A stretch of 64,000 bases of DNA. Origin: Utricularia gibba. Taxonomy: Eukaryota; Plantae; Magnoliophyta. The stretch is from assembly GCA_002189035.1 (NCBI GenBank), contig NEEC01000008.1, forward strand, positions 2,604,001 through 2,668,000. The letters run 5' to 3'. The position numbers were made by a program, and so were the translations under genes. The notes below the pieces were generated by a model. It did no database searches, had not been told where the DNA came from, and was given only the letters and a program-made list of their open reading frames with translations. Below are positions 22,150 through 33,830 of this stretch, one piece after another (the stretch's first letter is position 1; the number at the start of each line of letters is the position of its first letter).

Positions 22150-22600
22150 AAGCGGGATAGCGGTCTGAAGGCCTCGAACCGTGAACCAACCGAAAAAAGT
22201 GTCCCATACCGGCTTTGGCCGGTTTAGGGTTCCTCATTTCATGTAAGAATCTTAAAAATATGGATGTTCATGGATCTGATAGTATCCGAAACCGAATAGA
22301 ACCGCAATGTTTTAAAAACCGACAATTTGAAACCGATAATAAATGGTTCGGATATATATATAAATTTATAGAAACAATTATAAATGATATGAATTTGAAT
22401 TTGAATTCATATGAATCATTTATTTGAATTTTTATCGATTATTTTTATTTTTATATAAATAATTTTTTATACAACTAATTACGTAATATATTGTGTTTTT
22501 ATGAACAAGTACATACATTATTTAAAATCGATTAATCGAATATTTAATCAGATTCAATTCCAATTCTTGCTGGTACCGAACCGAACCCGATCTACGAACA
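22150..22600. repeat. Degenerate AACCG/CGGTT-rich dispersed-repeat (non-autonomous transposon-like) remnant
   Basis: Clustered gaaccg/aaccgaa/aaaccga/accgaaccgaacc motifs flank an AT-rich core. No terminal repeats or target-site duplication could be defined. Confidence 0.3.
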
Positions 22601-23425
22601 TCTCTACTTGAGACATTCCCTCTCCCAGTTATAGTTGACCATCTTGGATTTTAGGTTTTGAGGGTTTTTATTTCTTTTATTTTGTACTATATATTATATA
22701 CCATGATTTTACTATTATAATTAATTTGACGTCAGTAAAAAGAGAGTATGAATGTTTATAATATCAGTATGGGAGTGTGGCGTGAACACGAAAGTAAGAG
22801 CTGGAGAGTTTCATTTCCACAACTCACCACGAGTTGACTTTTTGCATAGTCGCAATGTATGTGGTCCATCATGGTGCATGACAAATCTCTCTATCCTCTC
22901 AGGAGTGACCGTACCATTAAACAATGTTCATTTCAAAAATAGGACACCTCTTGAACATATAATATATGTGTGATAAAACGTACATTTTCAAATAAATTGT
23001 TCGTGTTCGTTTACACAAAGAGAAACTATGGATGATCATTTTTCGAAATGGTATATGGTTAGAAGTGTCCAATAATTCCTCTTTCATGACCCATTTTTGA
23101 ATATCATCCCTAGAGTTATGCAATTTTTTACACATATCTTTTGCATAGTGTTACAGTTTATTTGCGAAAAAACGAACATTTTTTTATTTTAGTATGTGAA
23201 ATAGAAACGATGAATGGTCATTTTCCGAAATTATTACATCCCATGTTTTGAACGCAAAACAAGTAAAAAAACCAACATTCATCCCATCCAAAAAGGTTTT
23301 TGACAGTAATTTTTACTTTGTAAGAGGATGGAACCTTCCTTGGTACAAGAAAAAGGTGTGCATGTGGAAAGGACAAAATAAGACACATAAGCAAATAACA
23401 TGTCCTAATTCCAGTATTTCGTCTC

Positions 23426-23433
23426 TATAAATA
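23426..23433 (+). promoter_or_regulatory. TATA box of the VTL gene
   Basis: TATAAATA about 80 nt upstream of ATG 23510. Confidence 0.6.
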
Positions 23434-23509
23434 AAGTCGTGTGCCCTCCACAACCCACACCTCAAGCACACCACGCAGAAAACCCTAGATTCCTTGTTGG
23501 TTTTGATTC

Positions 23510-24118
23510 ATGGCGAGCAGCATTGACATCGAGGCTCCCAAGGCGGAGGAGGTCCCGTTCGACTACGCCAAGCGCGCGCAGTGGCTCCGAGCGGCCATAC
23601 TTGGCGCCAACGACGGCATTCTCTCGATCGCTTCCCTTCTGATGGGTGTGGGAGCTGTCAAAGAAGACACCAAGATCATGATTCTTACCGGAATCGCGGG
23701 GCTGATTGCCGGAGCCTTCAGTATGGGTGTCGGGGAGCTCGTATCCGTCTACTCTCAACGCGACATCGAAGTGGCGCAGATCAAAAGGGAGAAGGAATCG
23801 CAAGCCGGCGGCGACACGCAGGAAGCTGAGGAGAGGCTGCCGAATCCATTTCAAGCTGCGGGGGCCTCGGCCTTGGCCTTCGCCATCGGAGCTGCCATTC
23901 CCTTGCTCTCGGCGGCCTTCATTAAGCCCTACCGTGTGAGATTGGGAGTGGTGGTTGCTGCAGTCACTGTGGCGCTTCTGGCTTTTGGTTATATAGGAGC
24001 GGTTCTCGGGAAGGCGCCGCCCTTGCGATCCACGGCAAGAGTGGTGGTCGGCGGTTGGGTCGCCATGGGCGTCACCTTTGGTTTGACTAAGGCCGTCGGC
24101 TCCGGCGGCTTAGCCTGA
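23510..24118 (+). CDS. VTL: Vacuolar iron transporter homolog (VIT/CCC1 family, nodulin-21-like VTL), intronless
   Basis: 202-aa ORF with DYAKRAQWLRAAILGANDGILS, AGAFSMGVGELVSVYSQRDIE and LPNPFQAAGASALAFAIG, plus hydrophobic transmembrane segments. Confidence 0.93.
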   Translation: MASSIDIEAPKAEEVPFDYAKRAQWLRAAILGANDGILSIASLLMGVGAVKEDTKIMILTGIAGLIAGAFSMGVGELVSVYSQRDIEVAQIKREKESQAGGDTQEAEERLPNPFQAAGASALAFAIGAAIPLLSAAFIKPYRVRLGVVVAAVTVALLAFGYIGAVLGKAPPLRSTARVVVGGWVAMGVTFGLTKAVGSGGLA

Positions 24119-24478
24119 GTTGACATCTCAAAGAAAAAGTGTATAATTACGTGTGAGTTACCTTATGTAACAAATAAGTTGCACCTTAAAAGATGTTTGT
24201 GAGCTAAGTGTAGGGGTTGTAAGTCATGTTATGAAAATTAACTTTGAAGTTGCCCAAAAAACTGGAGATCCTTTCCCCCTAATGCCTTCTCATTAGTGGC
24301 AGAATATAGTGTATACTAAATGAGATTCTGACTCCCCTAATGAAGTCAAAAAATAAAACTTAATTACCAATATATACATTTTTTAAAAAAATAGTTTACA
24401 AAAATTAGACAATGACCCCATTTTATGTACACTATGTTGCTTTTCATTCCATACATAGTCTTTTAGCTCTCCATATGT

Positions 24479-24577
24479 AAAAAAAAAAAAAAAAATAGAA
24501 AAAAGAAAAAAGAAAAAAGAAAAATACACACACACACACACTCAAATTGTTTTTTTTTTTTTTTTGTTTTTTTTTGA
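24479..24577. repeat. Compound low-complexity tract: poly(A), A6G repeats, (CA)n, poly(T)
   Basis: Read directly from the sequence. The A-rich and T-rich arms form an imperfect inverted pair. Confidence 0.8.
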
Positions 24578-26228
24578 TAATTTTACTCATGCATCCAAGT
24601 TCGTGGAAGTGGATGCAATTGTAAATAGGGGGTGGGGCGTGATTGCAATATATACAAGACGAGGGGTGGAAATTGCAAATTGAGAAAATAGATAGATAGC
24701 ACCTGGGATCATGTTCCTTCCTTGTAGCTTGGTTCTATTCCATGTTTTCTGGAAGTAGGGTTTCTCTTTTTCTTTCTTTTTTTTGGGGGTTCATTTCTCA
24801 TTGGTTGACTTTAAACTCTCTGCGAATATTGCGAAAGACTAGGGGGGGCTGCAGGAATAATTTATTAGAACACAAATAAAGTAAAAGGTCAAACCATACA
24901 AGCGTGTGGAAGCCACATTGTGTACACAACACCGTTGACTTTTTGATTCTCAAGTTTGCTTACTTCTTGTTTGGTGGGAATGTTCAGTCACCTGATTTTT
25001 GGCGTCATGGATTAAAAGTATGTTAAGAAATTTTGGATTAGTGTTTTAAAAACGGGTTGAACCCATTATTCGATTTTTTTAAAATTTTTGAAATAATAAA
25101 CTTTTTGTTTAAATAGATTGAAATCAGATCTTTAAAACAGTGCTTTGAGGTTAAAACAAATGGAGATCGGATTTGAATTATGCAATTTTGGGGGGTTGAG
25201 TTTGAATTTACTGAAAATTCAGCGCCGATGTGAAAAAATAAAAAAAAGTAGAGAGCATGGCATTCGACATCATCAGACAAGGGCACATTAGAAAACTGGT
25301 CAGTTATTGGTCCACGTGTTCGCTTCCCAACCAATGAAATCAGTTTTGCTGGATCGGGGATTCGAAGGCGTTTGAAGTAGGGCACTCCGTTTTCATTATT
25401 TATAAATAATATTAAAATTTTAAATTTAGTTTTTTTATAATCCATAAATATAAATTTAAATGATATATATTTCAAATAATTATTCAAAATATTGAATAAA
25501 TAAATTATCTTCATTTGTTTTTATTGATAGTTCATAAATTTTAATTTATTCTGATGCTCAATTTGGTTGGAGGAGTTTCCACAATTTGGAAGTATCAAAT
25601 CAGACAGCCATGATGATCATTTCTATATTATCCCTAGTTACATTCATCAGTAAAGTAGTGGTTATGTTATTCATATTTCAAGTACCAAGAGCAGAGTTCT
25701 ATTTCCAACACTCGTGGTAGATGATAATTAGAAAAGATTAGATTCAATACATTTAATATTGATTTATAATTTTTTATATACTTGATTATTTATGCATGCA
25801 AATCAAAATTTGTGTTATATAATGACTATGCACGTGTTGGAGTTTGGAGCTACGCCTTCCCTTCCTCCACTAGGTACAAAAATGAAGGTGGACACGAAGA
25901 AGCCACTTGAAAAAAAATGGAAATATGAGGAGAAATCATTTTATAGAATAAAGTCTATTTTTCAATATAACATAATGGTGAAATTTCTATATCATGGGTT
26001 GATAAAGAATACAAAATAAGTGGCGTGAGTTGAAGGTGTAGATAGGGGACATCTACTTGAGCCCATTCTTCATCAGGGGGAATCAGCCGGAATTGCAGCT
26101 GGCCGCCACGTGTCACTCTCCCTCGCTCACCTGTTAAATTATTATCCTATCAAAAATAAAAATAAATATCATAGAAAAATAAAAAGGCATGTTACCCACG
26201 GGACGGACCGGACCTGACCTGTCCGCCG

Positions 26229-26248
26229 CTCTCTCTCTCTCTCTCTCT
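26229..26248. repeat. (CT)10 microsatellite in the RUS6 5' leader
   Basis: Read directly, about 95 nt upstream of ATG 26343. Confidence 0.85.
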
Positions 26249-26342
26249 GTTCTTCTAGTGAGAGAAATCGGCAGGGCAGCGCCAATCCCTCGTTGATTTC
26301 GATAGGTACACTCCGCGAGTCTCTCCGCTTCTTCGCATTGCG

Positions 26343-29300
26343 ATGAAGCTTAAGCCCTCGCCGCCGACCGCCACCGCGCAGTCCCTCTCTTCATCGGACT
26401 CCAGGTTGCTGGCTCGGGAGACGCTGCGCATTGGTGCTAATCTTGCCTTAGCGCCGAACGCATCGACGGAGGTTTCCGCACCGGAGTGGCCGTCTTCTAA
26501 TGATACACGTTTTGGCGGAGTGATCGAGGATCAGTTTCTGGAGTCGAGTTTGAGGTTGATTTGCTGTGAAGAGATCGGCGGCAGGCGATGGAAGTATTTC
26601 GCGGAGAATAATAATGCGCTCAGGGGCGGTGATTCAGGGAAATTGAAGAACTCTATTCGTGCTGTCAGTTTGCATAATTCTCAGGCGTCTGTTGATGTCA
26701 GTGTCCTCCTGTCTTCAGCTCTTTCTCTTCTCCATTTCATACATTCTTGACAACAAGAATTTTCATCTTTCTTCATTTAGGTCTTGTTCTATTTTTATTT
26801 CTTTGAAAGATTTTTGAATCTGCGAAGTGGAGGATGAAATGAATATGAATTCTATGCATGTTAAAAATGATCAACCTTTTCATGTTTTGCATATACCAGG
26901 AGCTGGTTGGATTTATAAGGTCCTATGTTGTGCCTGAAGGTTTTCCTCACAGTGTTGCACCTTCTTATGTCCCTTACATGACATGGAGAGCATTGAAGGT
27001 ATTGGATGTTTTACTCTCTTAGCAATGGTACTGAGAGATCCGATGATGCATTGCATATTCCAACCTGTTGCCCCTACACAGATCACTGATAATAGGTTTT
27101 TTATCACAGCACTTCTTCGGGGAGCAATGGGTGTATTCACCACGCAAACGCTCCTCAGCTCACTAGGGGTGTCAAGAAACAAATCTGGTGTAGGCGCTAT
27201 CGCAATAAACTGGATTCTGAAGGTACACTTAATTGGGAAATGTTTTCCTCACTGTGTATGATCATGGCGTAAGTTAATGCTCATATTGCTCTGTTGGAAG
27301 CAGCGTTGGCTTTATAAGTTCCAGACAGTGAGAAATGTGTTAGAAACTTACTCAAGATGTGGTGCGTTATGTGACAGGATGGTGCTGGCCGGGCTGGGAA
27401 GATGATATTTTCTCGGCAAGGAAGGAAATTTGATTATGATCTAAAACAGGTGAGCGAATTGTTTGGTCTGGTTTCTCGTTGAGAGATTATCTGTCATATA
27501 GTTGCATGTGTTTTCATACAAATCCATTCAGCTTAGGTTTTCAGGCGATTTATTGATGGAGTTGGGAGCTGGGATTGAGTTGGCCACAGCAGCTTTCCCA
27601 AGCCTGTTCCTCCCAATGGCATGTGCTGCCAATGTTGCTAAGGTGTTGATGAATTTCACTTCTCATAGATGTCAGTGGCTGAGACTTCCTATACTCATAT
27701 CACTCCAATTGTAGAATGTTTCTGCTGTGACATCAACTTCGACCCGCACGCCAATTTACAAAGCCTTTGCTACAGGGGAAAATATCGGAGATGTTACTGC
27801 AAAGGGAGAATGTGTTGGAAACATTGCTGATCTGGTATGTCAAGCGTCTGCAAAATGTTTTTTCTTATTTTAATATGTGAACGTGTTATATAACTTACAT
27901 TTGTTGGTAGATGATATTGAAGGTTCTGATTTTGGTTATTTTTGTGGCTCCCTTGCTGAGGGCACTCCCTTATATTTCGTTGGTGTGTTCATGCTACGTT
28001 ACATGTTAGGTTTCCAAGGTGCAGAATTCTCGGTAATTTTAGAGTTTGTAGTAGCGGGAACTCTCTGGCATTCCTCCCTACATAATGATCATTTTAAGCA
28101 TCACATATTTGAATCAGATTCTTACTTTACTAATGTAAAGGCTACATAAAACCATAGCTGAAATAACGAACTTAGTTGATGGTGTGGCATCACTTAGTTT
28201 GCACTGCCACATATAAACCAAATGCTTTTGTAAAGAACAGATATCTGTTTCCATAATTCATTTTGAGCTGAGAGTCATCATTTCGTTAAGCTTGGAACTG
28301 GGCTCAGCATCATGATTGCGAAAAGAAACCCATCAATGTTCACCACATTCGCTCTCCTCTCGTGTGGATATCTATTGAGTTCATATCAAGAGGTTAGATG
28401 ATGTGAATGGCTAGTTTTCCCCTCATTTCTCATGTGGGAAATATTTTTCAATTGTACTATGATTTTTGTTTCAGGTGAGATCTGTTGTTCTGCATACACT
28501 AAATCGTGCAAGATTCACAGTTGCTGTGGAATCCTACCTAAAAACAGGTAAGAAGAGAAATTGCGTTTTTCTGCTTACAAATGACTTCTTACTCACCTTT
28601 TTCGGTCTCCATATGATTCTTCTTTTAGACATTTTTCACGGATGCAAAATTGCATACAAGAATGTGTTCAACTGGCCTGGACAGAAATGTGGATGTTCTC
28701 ATAAATAATTATAGAATTGGATGGTTTTCAAACGTCATATTCCTGGATTTTCACCCTGAATAAAAAGTTCATTTTTTGCTCTCAATGGATCTTTGCGGAC
28801 GAAATGAAAGGAACAGTTCTTTGTTGTTGTGGTGTCCAAATTTCAGGCAGAGTTCCAAGTTTGCAAGATGGGAACCTAAAAGAAAATATTTTCAGCCCCC
28901 ATGGAAGGAAAACAGACCTATTGTCCTTGGTTACCCTTCTCTCCCTCACTCTCTTGTTGCGTTGTGCAAACTCGTAGTTATAAACTTAATATTATCTTGT
29001 TCATCAATGCATTTTCATTCCAATCTTTCATGTATTGATTACTTAATGAAGCATATCCACTTTGTGAAGTAGTATCCCTGATTCATTTTTTCCTCAGGAC
29101 CAAGATTCAAAGATGCATTCCAAGACCCTAATTCATATCTCGCTGTAAAGCCAATTTTCGAGGTATCCTATTAGTTTCATGCTTTCAAATATTCTGCGTG
29201 GAGTTTTAATCCTCGTGACTATGCAAAGGAAATTGACTCAGCAAGTAGCTGGCATATGTTTTTGGTTGCAGAATGAGCAGTACATTGTAACATACAATCC

Positions 29301-29888
29301 TTCAAGGAGAAATGTTTATGCACTACTCAAGGACCAAGCAAAGTCCGACGATATATTAAAAGCTGCATTTCATGTAAGGCTGCAACCATCTTGACCCGTG
29401 TTTGAATTGCTTGTTAATGTCTCTGTCTCAATGGACGCTGAATTGCAGGCTCATTTGCTCCTTCACACGATCTGTACATCCAGCAAGAGAGAGGCTTCCT
29501 CTCGCAAATTAGAACATGATCTCTCACGCATCATGCTATCACCTAGAGATATCCAAATCCGTGTTGCGGAGTCATATAAGATGGTGTCAGCTCTGTATGG
29601 CTCCTTTGCCGATAAAGCCAAGGAACAGGTGACAAAAGCGGCTATGCATACCATTTTGAACTTTTGGTGCAACCTCATATTGAACGCCTACTCTTTTAGA
29701 AGCCAAAAAATGCCAGTCTGAGGACAAGGAAATTAGGCATTTCATTTCTGAAATGCATACCACAAAATGTTTGTAGGTAATTTTATTGCCCTCAACAACT
29801 GCTGATATTTTCCTGTTATCAGGGATGGGTTATGTCGGAAGCACTACTCAATCCAGGAAGCGCCCGGCTTTGTGAATTGGGTGGGTGA
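26343..29888 (+). CDS. RUS6: ROOT UVB SENSITIVE 6 (DUF647); two 1-nt frameshifts in this sequence
   Basis: Exons encode RLLARETLRI, LRLICCEEIGGRRW, RSYVVPEGFP..YVPYMTWRALK, GAMGVFTTQTLL, DGAGRAGK, TSTSTRTPIYKAFA.GENIGDVTAKGE, TLNRARF and GWVMSEALLNPG*. The frame breaks at 27119-27122 and 28896-28900. Confidence 0.9.
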
Positions 29889-31724
29889 TGCGACTCGGGC
29901 CTGGTAAGAGTCTGAGAATGTTTCCATGTGGCTGCTGCCGCTGGTTTTCTCATGCTGCAGATTAAAAACTCCAGTAAGCAGGTTTTTGTTCTAATTTGGG
30001 TTGTGTGAGAATAAGTAGATGTGAGAAGACGAATGTGTCATTTTGTTTTCCCTGCCTTTCATTTGTTTTTTTAGTGTTTTAAATAGTAAAAAAAAACATG
30101 AATATTTATTTTGTATGATTGGATAGTGATTTAAATCGTAATTAAATTATATTTTTTTAATTCTTTTTTTTCAAAAAAGCAAAATGATGTGATGAAAAAT
30201 TAGATCGTATATTGCGATTCAATAGTGATTCAAGAACCATTGAAATGTAATTTATTTTTTATATTTGTGGAAATTTGAATTTGATTTAATCGTTATTATG
30301 AATGATTTGAGATTCAAAATGATCTTTTTAATATATATAATCTAAGAGTAGGGTTCTAAACGATGTCTTATGAAAGAAAGAAAACCAGACAAAAATGACT
30401 CTGAAAATCTTACATCACATCATGCCTGAAGTTTAATGTCTTAAACACTTTGGAGTCCAATACTTGTTAATTAAAAATACAAAAAAGAATGAGACAAGTT
30501 GGTCTGAAGCAGGGCTACATTACAAACTGTCGAGGAAACAAACATAGGGTATTGGAAACGGCAAGAGCCGCATGAATTTATTTAACTGAATTATTATTAT
30601 TGTGATCAGTCGTTGTTTGACATTTTTTGTGCAGGCAGCCCAAAAAACACCTTTTCTTTGATCGCAAATGGGAGAACTGAACTTGAAAAATACGAATATT
30701 TTAGGGCTCAGTGATTCCACCTCAGAGCTTGGACCCCAAGTGCTGAATCTGAACATACTTTGAAACGTTGTGGTGTATGTAAGATTGAGGTTAATTTGAA
30801 AAGTAATCATCTTATTGTTACTGTGTGTGAAAAGTAATCATCCTAAAAATTTGTTCTCACTATGTAAGAGAAAATGTCAGGATGGTTACTTTTCAAAACG
30901 AGCCGTAAGATTGTGATTCCACTTCAAGAGACGCATCTTGTAAGTACAACCGACATTAAGATTCCTTAACACAGACACGATACATGCAGCAAGTAAGCTG
31001 TTTAAGTGGCTAATCAGTTCAACTTGAACACTGTTCCTCTGATGAGTCGATTAGGTCGCCCGCGGCAACAGAGGGAGGGCGAGTGTTCAGAATAGACCGA
31101 TAAATGACTCATTAATGACTGATAATCCACATTTGGCAGCTGATCCCGGCGGGTGTCACGTTCTTCAATTATTTACCTCTGACTTTTTGGCCCAGTAGCT
31201 CTAAATGCAGCATCTACACTACGCCTATTGAGTTCAGAAGAAAGCAAGGCACCCCCACCCCACCCTACCCCTGCGTAACTGGTATTCCTGGTAAAGAAAA
31301 CATCGTGTTATTGGCCAGATTTTCGTCATTTTTATTACCCTTTTGCTTGCTGCATCAGTTCTTTTTTCAGGGAGGAGCAATTGAATTCCTGGTGACTGAA
31401 GAGCTAACAACGTTTTGCATGTGATGAAAGAGGAGTTAGTGAACAGCTAACTCAGAAACTAGTTTCATCGCCGACCTAGAGATACAGTAAACACTGGATA
31501 GTCAATGGTTGACTGCTATAATGCTTCCTCTCTTGCAATATTTGTTATTTATTTTCTATTTTAACTGTATATTAAAAAAAATAAACCCTAGCAACATTTA
31601 ACTAGGGATAGGATTTGTGGGTCTTAACCCTTGTGATCCAAGTTTCACCTTCAAAAGTTGAGTGGGTTTTGATGATCTTCTTGAGCTGGTTCTGAGTTAC
31701 TTGTGAGGTTTCTGGGGGTCTAAA

Positions 31725-33053
31725 ATGGTGAATCGGGATGTTTTTAAAGATTACATTCCGAGACTACCATCTTTCAAGATGAATCAGAACAAGCTGATGC
31801 TTGTGATCCTCATGTTGATCATGCTGACAAATGTCCTCACACTCTACACTTTCGTCAGCCCTCATGCCAACGTCTTGTATTCTATCTCTAGAACATCCAA
31901 GTTCTCGACTTGGGATTCGACTACGCTGATCCTCAAGCTGAACGCCACTAGGGATGAACTTATGGTCAGGGATTTGCAGATTGAGGACTTGAGGAGTGAG
32001 CTGAAGTCGGCCAAGTCTGTGATAGAGGACCTTCAGTCCCGTCTCAGGGTCGCGGCGGAGAAGAGTCTGGAGGTTAAGTATGATCATCTTGTGGCTGATT
32101 TAAGCGAAGAAGCCAGCCTAGCTGTTAAGCCTCATCTGCTTCCTCTTGGAAGTACACCGAAGATAGGGAAAGAGATCGCCTTTTCCTATGGCGCGGGTTG
32201 CTTGAAGTTCAAACAAGAATTCAAAAAGTACATGAGCTATCAGGTCGGAGGGGAGTGTCCCGTGGATGATCATTTTGCTCAAACACTTATGCTTCTGGGC
32301 TGTGAGCCCCTTCCGAGGAGGCGGTGCCGTCCAAAGTCTCCGGTGAACTACGTCGAGCCGACTCCGTTGCCCAAGAGTCTGTGGACAACTCCATCGGATA
32401 CCACTGTTGTATGGGATCCTTATCCTTGCAAGAACTACACTTGCTTGAGTCAGAGGTGGCGCTACCCTGGGAGCTACGATTGTAGCGATTGTTTCGACTT
32501 GAGAGGCAAGGAATCATACAGATGGACGTTCGACAAAGATCTCGATTACGGAATAAAAGAAGTTCTTGCTTTCAAGCCGCCGGGAACTGTTCGCATCGGC
32601 CTTGATATAGGCGGCGGATCGGGAACTTTCGCAGCCCGTATGATGGAAAGAAACGTGACCATCATCACGACTTCCATGAACTTCGATGCTCCCTTCAATA
32701 CCTTCATCGCATCAAGAGGGTTGCTGTCAATGCACATCACCATCTCACAGAGGCTTCCCTTCTTCGAAAACACCCTCGACATCGTCCATTCGATGCACGT
32801 CTTGAGCCACTGGATCCCGGATACAATGCTTGAGTTCATTCTGTATGATGTCCATAGGATACTGAGGCCTGGAGGCCTATTTTGGCTCGATCATTTCTTT
32901 TGCTTCGGTTCCCAGTTGAATGCAACCTACGCCCCCATGTTTGAACGTCTCGGTTTCAAGGTATTGAGGTGGGATACCGGGAGGAAGTTGGATAGAGGGA
33001 TTGATAGGGATGAAATGTACCTCTCGGTTGTCTTTGAGAAGCCAATGACCTAA
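31725..33053 (+). CDS. Type II membrane SAM-dependent methyltransferase (At1g29790-like), tandem copy 1
   Basis: Intronless 442-aa ORF with an N-terminal TM segment, a coiled-coil stem, CEPLPRRRC, the SAM motif IGLDIGGGSGTFAARM, RLPFFENTLDIVHS and RILRPGGLFWLDHFFC. Confidence 0.92.
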   Translation: MVNRDVFKDYIPRLPSFKMNQNKLMLVILMLIMLTNVLTLYTFVSPHANVLYSISRTSKFSTWDSTTLILKLNATRDELMVRDLQIEDLRSELKSAKSVIEDLQSRLRVAAEKSLEVKYDHLVADLSEEASLAVKPHLLPLGSTPKIGKEIAFSYGAGCLKFKQEFKKYMSYQVGGECPVDDHFAQTLMLLGCEPLPRRRCRPKSPVNYVEPTPLPKSLWTTPSDTTVVWDPYPCKNYTCLSQRWRYPGSYDCSDCFDLRGKESYRWTFDKDLDYGIKEVLAFKPPGTVRIGLDIGGGSGTFAARMMERNVTIITTSMNFDAPFNTFIASRGLLSMHITISQRLPFFENTLDIVHSMHVLSHWIPDTMLEFILYDVHRILRPGGLFWLDHFFCFGSQLNATYAPMFERLGFKVLRWDTGRKLDRGIDRDEMYLSVVFEKPMT

Positions 33054-33830
33054 ACCCCAAACAGCAGCAATTGTATTTTTTTCCCCACTTTCCTCTTAAC
33101 CCCAGCTCATATTGTAGAGTAAATGACATGATGCCATGACTCCCTCCCTTCTTCCTGCAACAAAGGTACACCTCTCCATGGATTTATTCTTCCAAAGGGA
33201 GCTTCAACTTCACTAAAAACCAGAAAATATATCATCAGTTACAACACATTCAGGTATGCAATTCTCTGGCCTTCTTTAAATGTGACGCCTTTTCAACATG
33301 GGAGATAAGCACCACCTTGAATCGTATAATGCGAGCTAATTCTCGGCAGATGAAGCAGTTAGTGCTAAATCCAGCTGAAGTTACATGCGCAAGCTTGAAT
33401 GTGTTGTGTCCAAAACTCAGTACAAGACAAATAGTTGAATGTGTTGTGTCTGTTTTGGATCAATTTAGCCCGTTGACATATCTCCTTGGATGGAGCTATT
33501 GTGTACCAGTTCCACTTTGGGCGGAACAGATCTGCTACTAGTATATTGATTATATTTATTTAACACAGGTCAAATAAGTGAACTCTATAGACAGGGTTTG
33601 GCAAACGTTGAATGCAGAAAATGCTTTTCATGTAGTGCACTGATTTCCAAGGAACTCGACACTTGCTTGTAAAATTCAAAGCATTTGGTATTTAAAAAGT
33701 ATTCTACGCCATCACACCTTCAGAAGACATGAATGTAGAATTTTTTTTCTTGTGTGAGTGGATTTGGATGAACAAACTTTGACTTGTTCTCCTGCTGTCT
33801 GTGGTGAATCCAGACGATATTGAAAAGGGC

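Noticed and set aside
25038-25514. 158-aa minus-strand ORF
   Set aside because: Low-complexity AT-rich intergenic sequence with a K/I/N/F-biased translation and no motif.
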